Virus record (IMG/VR): IMGVR_UViG_3300007965_000002
Location: 25,862-89,861 of that record
Length of the DNA stretch: 64,000 nucleotides
Strand: one strand, 5' to 3'
Origin: a virus
Taxonomy: Duplodnaviria; Caudoviricetes
Shown: positions 1-6,763 of the stretch, in pieces
Layout: each line of letters starts with the position of its first letter
How positions within the stretch are numbered: position 1 is the first letter of the stretch
Made by a program: the position numbers and the translations under genes
Notes under the pieces: model-generated
The model's database searches: none
Told to the model about the DNA's origin: nothing
Seen by the model: only the letters and a program-made list of their open reading frames with translations

Positions 1-285
1 CAGTGTTCTGTGTTGAACCATGTAAACGACTTCTTGCTTGCCTGAAATAAACATAATTTTGAATCCTAGCTTAGTGGGTTGAAATTATTTTCTTACCCGA
101 CAAAGACAGTATAGCACACTGATAAATCATATCAACTATTTATTTGGTCTAAAATGAAAAACATTGTTCTTACCAGGAACCAACCAGGGTTACCGGCAGG
201 TAAACCTGCCCAGCCAGCCAGCCTAGGCAAATATACCTATTTCTTGCAAAAGTCGCTTAAATCGCTGTTTTGGCGGCTTCCTGTC

Positions 286-476
286 GGTGGATAATGTATA
301 AGGGCTGTTTCAATGATTTTTTTATCCACAGGTTATTAACAGGTTATACATTATCAACAGGGTTTATAGGCCACCAGCAACATTTTGACAATGGTAAGAC
401 CAATTGACCAAGTTATCCACAAAATTATTTTGTTTAATGTATAACTCACCTGTTAATAAGTCTAGACTTATCCACA
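286..476. promoter_or_regulatory. DnaA-box cluster 1
   Basis: Perfect TTATCCACA at 322-330, 413-421, 468-476; near-matches at 286-294 (rc), 333-341, 351-359, 451-459 (rc). Confidence 0.85.
371..378 (-). other. Chi octamer GCTGGTGG
   Basis: CCACCAGC on + strand. Confidence 0.5.
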
Positions 477-522
477 AGTACCACACATGCAAGAATCATG
501 CCAAAAAATTTTCGGCGCGGCG

Positions 523-587
523 AAATGAGAATGATTCTCATTTGCATTCAACCCAGTGAGCTACCAGGATGAGAATGATTATCATTT
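523..587. promoter_or_regulatory. Two Fur boxes
   Basis: AAATGAGAAT-G-ATTCTCATTT (523-543, perfect 10-1-10) and ATGAGAAT-G-ATTATCAT (569-585) match the TGATAAT-N-ATTATCA Fur consensus. Confidence 0.75.
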
Positions 588-609
588 GCATATGCAAGTT
601 TGCTAATAC

Positions 610-742
610 AAGTTGGCATGGTTTTTGTTGCGAACTATTATCATATGCGTTTTTGCTAATATACCTATATGCAAGTTTGCTAATATTAACATTAGATTCT
701 ACTAATATAAGTTGGCATGGTTTTTGTTGCGAACTATTATCA
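610..742 (+). repeat. 34-bp direct repeat AAGTTGGCATGGTTTTTGTTGCGAACTATTATCA (610-643, 709-742)
   Basis: Exact duplication; each copy holds a sigma54-like motif and a weak Fur-like site (TGCGAAC-T-ATTATCA). Confidence 0.9.
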
Positions 743-873
743 ACAAGAATCGTGCCAAGTCAAGAATCGTGCCATAACAGTAAAATCTAATATATAGCTC
801 TAGAACGCGCTATAACGTGATTTGCCGGTACTATTATTTTTTGAAGCCCTAGTATCAAAACCTTTTTAAAATG

Positions 874-881
874 CCACCAGC
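874..881 (-). other. Chi octamer GCTGGTGG
   Basis: CCACCAGC on + strand. Confidence 0.5.
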
Positions 882-895
882 AGCCAAAGCGTGAC

Positions 896-1189
896 TTATC
901 CACAAAGTTATCCACAAGCAATGGGGTTGACATTCTCAAAAGGCCATTTCTATCCACAATTTGCTAGTTATACATAAAAAATCTGTGGATAAGTGAATAA
1001 CTAGCATGTTTTACAAATGTCAAATTTATTTGAAATAATGCTTAACAAAGTTATCCCCACCTGGTAGAGCCTGGACGTGCCCCTTGTGGATAACTATTAC
1101 CAAATAGGCCGATTCCTTGGATTCTAGGAAAGTTATCCACAAAATTACAAACCAGGAAAATTATCTGTGGATAAGTGCCCTGTGGATAA
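896..1189. promoter_or_regulatory. DnaA-box cluster 2
   Basis: Perfect TTATCCACA at 896, 908, 1133; reverse TGTGGATAA at 984, 1085, 1166, 1181; near-matches at 950, 992, 1051. Confidence 0.85.
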
Positions 1190-1318
1190 GTACCAAATAG
1201 CACCAGATTCAACAATCTATTTGTTTTGATATACGACTGACCAAAAAATTAAAGTCGCTTAAATCGCTGTTTTGATGCCTTTACGGGCATATTAGTTATA
1301 TCTAATATATAACCATGT

Positions 1319-1334
1319 TGGCATGGTTATTGCT
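1319..1334 (+). promoter_or_regulatory. sigma54-type -24/-12 motif
   Basis: TGGCATGGTTATTGCT, GG-N10-GC spacing. Confidence 0.6.
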
Positions 1335-1534
1335 ACGCGCTCGCACCTGTTTCTTTTATAAACTAGCCCAGGCTTATGCATTCTAGTTATAACTTATATT
1401 AACTAGTTATTAGACGGTATTTTTTAAACGTGGTCTAATAGCTTCATTGAAACGGGACATCATTTCAATGTTATTTTTACCCTGTGATGTGAAGCGGCTT
1501 TGATTAGCGCGAGGTACTAGGAAAAAATAAAAGC

Positions 1535-1564
1535 TTGACAATAAAAACGGTTCCATGCAATAAT
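1535..1564 (+). promoter_or_regulatory. Pre-early sigma70 promoter
   Basis: A-rich UP element, TTGACA (1535-1540), TGcAATAAT -10 region, upstream of the first pre-early gene. Confidence 0.7.
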
Positions 1565-1592
1565 AGCTCCACTGATTAGGCAGCATCCTAAA

Positions 1593-1606
1593 CGTTCTTT
1601 AACAAT
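1593..1606 (+). promoter_or_regulatory. rrn-like boxA antitermination element
   Basis: CGTTCTTTAACAAT versus rrn boxA TGCTCTTTAACAAT, about 25 nt downstream of the predicted start site. Confidence 0.45.
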
Positions 1607-1715
1607 CTGGTAACAAAAAAGTTTCACTTGCCTAGTTAAAGTTATCATTAATCACATTATTTATTAGTAGTGTGATTATTGACTAACTTTTAGTCAATAC
1701 CACTAACTAAAATCA

Positions 1716-2117
1716 TTGGAGATTTTAAAAATGGCAAAGGCACCTAAAACCCAAGAAACGAAAAAAGCTACCGTATTGCGTAAAAATCACGGTACTAAGG
1801 GCAATTTTCCCCCTAAAAAATCTTGGGTAACATTAAACGGAAGGATTAAAACCGAAGTCGTTTTATGTTCTGGAAATTTCGAACCAATGCGAACGGGCGA
1901 CAAAGACAAAGACGCCGAAGCAATGCGACTTTATCGCGAAGCATACCGCGCCGATTTGCGAACGCTTGAACGCCAAAAACCTGTTAAGCCTAAAACATTA
2001 TTCGACCTTTATGTGTTGAACGGTGGCAAGGCAAGACACCCGAAACAGCTAGCAGGCCAAATTGTGCAAATGCTCGGTTATTCGCATAATTCAAGCGCTG
2101 AAATTCGCATTATTTAG
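1716..2117 (+). CDS. Pre-early hypothetical basic protein (likely start ATG 1731)
   Basis: ORF, Lys-rich, GGAG upstream of ATG 1731, first gene after the promoter. Confidence 0.7.
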   Translation: MEILKMAKAPKTQETKKATVLRKNHGTKGNFPPKKSWVTLNGRIKTEVVLCSGNFEPMRTGDKDKDAEAMRLYREAYRADLRTLERQKPVKPKTLFDLYVLNGGKARHPKQLAGQIVQMLGYSHNSSAEIRII

Positions 2118-2120
2118 GGG

Positions 2121-2327
2121 ATGCTAATGTTTATATTATTTGTTGCTATATACATGTTAGCGGCTTATTTAATTGGTTTATTAACAGGCCAATTATTGGA
2201 GTCAAGAGATAAAACTTTCTTTACCTCAGAGCCTATCCACGGCCACGTTTTATGTGTATTGTGTTTGTTCTGGCCTATCCTGCCCTTGCTTACGCAAGCC
2301 AGCAGGTTAAGGAAATTTAAACCGTAA
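2121..2327 (+). CDS. Pre-early small membrane protein
   Basis: 68 aa, two hydrophobic segments. Confidence 0.6.
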   Translation: MLMFILFVAIYMLAAYLIGLLTGQLLESRDKTFFTSEPIHGHVLCVLCLFWPILPLLTQASRLRKFKP

Positions 2328-2416
2328 TATAGAGTTATCTTAAAGAGCGTTTATTAAGCGCTCTTTGTGGCTAACTTTAGCCATTAACTAACTAACCCTT
2401 TCTAGGAGATTTACAA

Positions 2417-2884
2417 ATGACTACAACTAAAACACCAGCTAAAAAATTCGCTTGGAATGATGAAACCTGTTCACAAGCTGCCGCGCTTTATGCTGAATTA
2501 CTAGGTGCAACTTACAACCCTGTTACTAAAACGCTGGATTTTGAAGTTGGTTCGAAGCCTACTGTCGATTTACACACGGTAGCAAACAGCGAAAAAGCTT
2601 TAAATGCAATCGCTGTTAAAATTGGGGCGAAATCTGGTCGTGCTGTTCGCGGTAAGTTATCAAAAGAGGGCGTTTATATTACCCTTGAAGCCGTCCCAAC
2701 TCCAAGCACCTCGACACGTATCTCAAAAGGTCAGTACGTGCGTTCAATTGCCGAGGGTTTAGGCGTTGACCTTGAAACAATCCAAACGCTTGATAAGGCC
2801 AATTTAGAAGCGTTGGAAACCTTAACAGCGAAATTAAACGGAGTGTTGAAAGCTGCCGAAATGCCAGAAATCACTGTTAAGTAA
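2417..2884 (+). CDS. A2: T5 A2-like DNA-binding pre-early protein
   Basis: KKFAWNDE N-terminus, AVRGKLSKEGVY and KGQYVRSIA motifs resemble T5 A2; position upstream of A1. Confidence 0.85.
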   Translation: MTTTKTPAKKFAWNDETCSQAAALYAELLGATYNPVTKTLDFEVGSKPTVDLHTVANSEKALNAIAVKIGAKSGRAVRGKLSKEGVYITLEAVPTPSTSTRISKGQYVRSIAEGLGVDLETIQTLDKANLEALETLTAKLNGVLKAAEMPEITVK

Positions 2885-2945
2885 TTGTTAACTGGGCGTT
2901 AATTCTAGCGCCCTTTAATTTCCCGTAATGACGGAGTATTAAAAA

Positions 2946-3383
2946 ATGTTTTCACCCAAACTCAACTTATCTGATTTAGTCGCAGAGCATAAAGGCCATA
3001 TTGCAGCCGTATTAGATACCCAGTCCGAAATTGAGCGCTTAAAGGAACTAGCATTTCAGCAAAAAGAAGCGGCTAAACTTGACCGTGATACGTTAACGCA
3101 ATTAATACGCCAATTGTCTAACGAGCGTCACCCAAGCAACAACGGCATGTTGCAAGAAGCAAATGTTAGCGCTTTGCTTGGCGCAATCAATATTAACTTT
3201 ACTGCTTATAACAGCTCAAATGATGAAGTTAGACTAGCGTATGATAAGGCCGTTAACGTCTACAATGACGCAATGGTAAAGCTATTTAAAGCAAAAATAG
3301 CATATATCGAAAGTTGTGCTGTTTATGGTAGTATGGCAGGCTTATCGGTTAACTGGCAAGCGCTAGAAAAACGTAGCAAGTAA
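2946..3383 (+). CDS. Pre-early hypothetical coiled-coil protein
   Basis: 145-aa ORF with strong RBS (conserved CCCGTAATGACGGAG leader). Confidence 0.75.
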   Translation: MFSPKLNLSDLVAEHKGHIAAVLDTQSEIERLKELAFQQKEAAKLDRDTLTQLIRQLSNERHPSNNGMLQEANVSALLGAININFTAYNSSNDEVRLAYDKAVNVYNDAMVKLFKAKIAYIESCAVYGSMAGLSVNWQALEKRSK

Positions 3384-3423
3384 GCAACCCCTTTAAATTT
3401 TCCCGTAATGACGGAGTAACAAA

Positions 3424-5097
3424 ATGAAACAAGTTAAAAACCTATCTGTAGCGACACAAGCGGCATTGTTAAATCTTGCTCAAAATGAGTTTAATTATTA
3501 TGGCAAGCGTACCCGTTCAACTCGCCTAACTTGTGCTGAACAAATGCTTAGAGAATGTGAGTTAATCGGAACGGTAGAAAGTGCCGATTTAGTGGAATGG
3601 CTGGCAGAAAATAAACCAGCACCAGCACCAGCCAAAGAAAAAGCCGAAAAAGTTAACGCTCCGTTAGTTCCTACTTTCAACGGCGAGTTAATGCATCGTG
3701 ACGATATTATGCAAAGCTTACCTGATGGCGTTTATATTATTTCTAGTGCGCAAAATAATACATTGCCGCACCCTACACTAAAATCATTAAAAACTTTAGC
3801 GGGTGTTTTAGAGGCTCAACTTTTATTGATGCCTATTAAATACACAACAACGCTTGATAGCTTGGAACGCAAAACGCCAACTTATGACGATAGTGTTACA
3901 CCTTATCTAGTAGAGAATAATATCTGGCTAGGTGGTCGTGGCTGTGTTCGCTTGGCAGTTGGGGCAAATATCCTGCCAACCGCTAAGCAGCCAATTAACA
4001 CGGCAGCAAACTTGAATAAAGGCGAGTCGTTAACCGTTGTTGCCTCACCTAAAAAGCAACTCAAAACACTAGCCCGTTCAAAAGATGGTGCACATCGTTG
4101 GGTATATACAACGGGTTCATGTACACAACGCCATTACACTGACACCAGAGCAGGCGAGGAGGGATGTGATTCACATACGTTCGGGGCATTAGTTGTCACT
4201 GTTAATGAGGGTTATGTCGAGCATCAAGAAATTGTGGCAGATGAAAGCGGGGCATTTTATTATGATATGGCCTGTTATGATGGTTTTAACATAACAGAGA
4301 TTCACAAGACACCAGCACTAGTTTTAGGTGACTTACATTGTGAAAAGATGTGCGAAAACTCGCTTGTAAGAGCATTAGCCCAAATTGATATTTATCAGCC
4401 CTCACAAGTTATTTTACACGATACACTAGATTTTATGTCTAGAAATCATCACAATCGAAATAGCGGTTTGTTTCTATATACAATGGGTTCCCGCTCTGTT
4501 TTAGATGATTTAAATGATGCTGTTCATGTTGTAAATAGAATTGCTGCCCAATGCGATAGCGTTTTTATCGTTTGCAGTAATCACGACTTAGCCCTTGATA
4601 GCTGGCTTGATGACCCAAAATACAACGCTGATAAAGACCCTATCAACGCTAAAACGTATTATTTCTTGAAACATGCTGTTTTAGAAGCAATTGACAGCGG
4701 GGACGAACTAGACGCACCACGCTTAGCAATGTTTGATTTAGCAATCACTAAACTAGTCGAGCAGTTAGCGGAACCATTAGCCAGTAATGTTATATTTGGC
4801 CGTCTAGATATGAGCCATAAGATTAACGGATTCGAATGTGGTTCTCATGGGCATTTAGGTAACAGCGGCGCACGTGGTTCGCAACGCTCGTTTAAAGCTT
4901 ATCAGATGCCTTGGATTAGCGGCCATACACATTCACCCGCCCGTGATGGTAATGTGTTAACCGTGGGCGTTACTGGTTCGCTGGAAATGGGCTACAATAA
5001 AGGTGGTACTATGTGGGATAGAGCAAACGCCTTAATCCTGCCAAATGATACAGCCGTATTAATTCCCACGTATGCAATAGGAGAGCAGCAAGCATAA
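3424..5097 (+). CDS. A1: T5 A1-like protein (metallophosphoesterase-fold nuclease; host DNA degradation / second-step transfer)
   Basis: 557 aa; EFNYYGKR, SSAQNNT, GDLH, SNHD, GHTHS motifs; synteny. Confidence 0.92.
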   Translation: MKQVKNLSVATQAALLNLAQNEFNYYGKRTRSTRLTCAEQMLRECELIGTVESADLVEWLAENKPAPAPAKEKAEKVNAPLVPTFNGELMHRDDIMQSLPDGVYIISSAQNNTLPHPTLKSLKTLAGVLEAQLLLMPIKYTTTLDSLERKTPTYDDSVTPYLVENNIWLGGRGCVRLAVGANILPTAKQPINTAANLNKGESLTVVASPKKQLKTLARSKDGAHRWVYTTGSCTQRHYTDTRAGEEGCDSHTFGALVVTVNEGYVEHQEIVADESGAFYYDMACYDGFNITEIHKTPALVLGDLHCEKMCENSLVRALAQIDIYQPSQVILHDTLDFMSRNHHNRNSGLFLYTMGSRSVLDDLNDAVHVVNRIAAQCDSVFIVCSNHDLALDSWLDDPKYNADKDPINAKTYYFLKHAVLEAIDSGDELDAPRLAMFDLAITKLVEQLAEPLASNVIFGRLDMSHKINGFECGSHGHLGNSGARGSQRSFKAYQMPWISGHTHSPARDGNVLTVGVTGSLEMGYNKGGTMWDRANALILPNDTAVLIPTYAIGEQQA

Positions 5098-5136
5098 TGT
5101 TAGATAGAGATTATAACGGCTACCCCATTAAGTAAC

Positions 5137-5172
5137 TTAACCCGCTTTGTTCCACGTGGAACAAAGCAACCC
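5137..5172. repeat. 36-bp repeat copy 1 with parS palindrome TGTTCCACGTGGAACA (5148-5163)
   Basis: Perfect 16-bp parS inside a 24-bp palindrome (5144-5167); identical copy at 5432-5467. Confidence 0.8.
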
Positions 5173-5194
5173 CCCTTTTTACGGAGTTACCCAA

Positions 5195-5431
5195 ATGTCA
5201 CAAGTTAATATCACGTTTACCAAAGACACCCCAGAATCATTCGAACCTGAAACAGGGCAATTTTTTCAGGTTAATGAATGCCATACAAACGAATTGATTT
5301 TAATAACTGACGACACCCATGTGTGCGTTATTTTATCTAGTGGTCAATTAATGGACGTTGAAAACCTAGACGAAAAGCTTACCCGCGATAACTTAGTTAT
5401 TGATTTAAAAATCGAAGCAACCATTAAATAA
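5195..5431 (+). CDS. Pre-early hypothetical protein (78 aa; ORF track start 5147 overlaps the palindrome)
   Basis: GGAG RBS upstream of ATG 5195. Confidence 0.7.
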   Translation: MSQVNITFTKDTPESFEPETGQFFQVNECHTNELILITDDTHVCVILSSGQLMDVENLDEKLTRDNLVIDLKIEATIK

Positions 5432-5467
5432 TTAACCCGCTTTGTTCCACGTGGAACAAAGCAACCC
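5432..5467. repeat. 36-bp repeat copy 2 with parS palindrome (5443-5458)
   Basis: Exact duplicate of 5137-5172. Confidence 0.8.
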
Positions 5468-5497
5468 TTTTTCCCCGTAATGACGGAGTATTAAAAA

Positions 5498-6121
5498 ATG
5501 AGCCAATTTAAGCCAAAGCATATTACAATTTTTGACCTAGACAGAACCGTTATAGATAGCGACCATCGCACCCCCTACGATAATGATGGCAACCTAGATT
5601 TAGCAGCATATCGCGACAACCAAACACACGCTAACATTATGAATGACACACTTTTACCCTTAGCTAAACTTATGCAATCGCGCATAGCCCAAGGGGAAAC
5701 CGTGGTAATCGTTACTGCAAGGCGCATGATTAAGAGTGATTACATATACCTAAGAAAGAACGGATTAAAAACCGCGTATACTTGCAGTCGTGACCAATTA
5801 TTCAAGCGCTTCGATAATGAAACCGCATCAATGATTTATAATCTTAATGATGCAAACTACAAATGGCATTGGTTTAACCATTTACAGAACCGTTTTCCTC
5901 TTGCCTCGTTTACTGTATACGATGACCATAAAGGCGTATTAAAGGTGGCGCAATCGTTTGGCTTTCAAGTGTACGATGCAATTAGTGTTAATAGTATGCT
6001 GGCTGATTTTCTTGATATGGGATTTGAAGAAGGATTTGCGCAAGGATTAGACGCGGGTTATCTGGACGGGGAAATGAGCGCTATTCATCAGGTAATTGAA
6101 TTTGACAGCAGAGCAGCCTAA
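5498..6121 (+). CDS. dmp: Deoxynucleoside-5'-monophosphatase (HAD family)
   Basis: IFDLDRTVIDSDHR motif I, VTAR motif II, YDDH motif IV; last pre-early gene as in T5. Confidence 0.9.
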   Translation: MSQFKPKHITIFDLDRTVIDSDHRTPYDNDGNLDLAAYRDNQTHANIMNDTLLPLAKLMQSRIAQGETVVIVTARRMIKSDYIYLRKNGLKTAYTCSRDQLFKRFDNETASMIYNLNDANYKWHWFNHLQNRFPLASFTVYDDHKGVLKVAQSFGFQVYDAISVNSMLADFLDMGFEEGFAQGLDAGYLDGEMSAIHQVIEFDSRAA

Positions 6122-6201
6122 GCGCAATGCTGGTAGTATATGCATCAATGCTAATATAGTGCAATATGTTAGCATTGCATTATCCCCCTGTTAGAGCATT
6201 A

Positions 6202-6232
6202 GCCCTTACTAATATATAGTAAGGGCATTTTT
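6202..6232 (+). terminator. Rho-independent terminator after dmp
   Basis: GCCCTTACTA-atata-TAGTAAGGGC followed by ATTTTT. Confidence 0.8.
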
Positions 6233-6241
6233 ATTATGTAC

Positions 6242-6348
6242 AAATGATAATCAATATCAAATGAGAATCATTCGCATATGATAAGCCAGGAACAAATGAT
6301 AATCATTCGCATTTAGGGTGGGGGCGGTAATGAGACTCATTCTCATTT
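6242..6348. promoter_or_regulatory. Four Fur-box-like sites at the presumed terminal-repeat boundary
   Basis: 6242-6262, 6259-6279, 6294-6314, 6328-6348, all TGA(T/G)A(A/C)T-C-A(T/A)T(A/C)(T/G)CA. Confidence 0.7.
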
Positions 6349-6443
6349 GACCCAGGCCCCACCCCTTTTCATGTAACTACTATGAAAAATTAGAGGAAAT
6401 GGCTTAGGCCGCCTCTAAGAGCAACTAAGCGGTTCCCTGAAAG

Positions 6444-6597
6444 CAACTATGCATAATTCCCCAACTATGCATAATTCCCATAACTATACATAATTCCCAT
6501 AACTATGCATAATTCCCCTAACTCCCTATACTCCCTTTACTTCCCAACTTCCTATACTCCCTTTACTTCCTATACTCCCCGCACCCCTCCACTCCCA
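6444..6597 (+). repeat. Tandem 18-19 bp repeats (x4, YAACTATRCATAATTCCC) followed by a C/T-rich tract
   Basis: Units at 6444, 6462, 6481, 6500; CCTATACTCCC repeats 6524-6580. Confidence 0.85.
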
Positions 6598-6698
6598 AAG
6601 AGACTACTAATCTAAAAGACTCCAAATACAATTCTTAATTTTTTAATTTAAAAATACTTGGCTAGTACCTTACTTGCATCCGAGGTAGAAAATTAATC

Positions 6699-6727
6699 TT
6701 TACATATATTAATAATAACGTTATAAT
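6699..6727 (+). promoter_or_regulatory. Promoter for packaging genes
   Basis: TTTACA-17-TATAAT. Confidence 0.75.
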
Positions 6728-6763
6728 AACCCTATTATTAACACACATCTAAGAGGAAAGTAT

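Larger units (their letters stand above)
488..774. promoter_or_regulatory. Array of sigma54-type -24/-12 motifs (TGGCAYGRTTNTTG)
   Basis: 488-503(-) TGGCATGATTCTTGCA is full consensus; 614-629(+), 713-728(+), 742-757(-), 759-774(-) keep the -24 element with TTGT/TTGA at -12. Confidence 0.65.
249..1274 (+). repeat. 24-bp direct repeat AAAGTCGCTTAAATCGCTGTTTTG (249-272, 1251-1274) bracketing the DnaA arrays
   Basis: Exact duplication read from the sequence. Confidence 0.9.

Noticed and set aside
130-142. IHF consensus TATCAACTATTTA
   Set aside because: One degenerate match in AT-rich DNA is not significant
569-790. 73-aa ORF in the stop region
   Set aside because: It is a translation of the Fur and sigma54 repeats (WHGFCCELLS twice) and has no convincing RBS
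286-1189. Bacterial oriC
   Set aside because: No dnaA/dnaN/gidA context and no GATC; the surrounding genes are T5-like pre-early genes
6444-6517. CRISPR array
   Set aside because: Repeats are abutting with no unique spacers, and there are no cas genes
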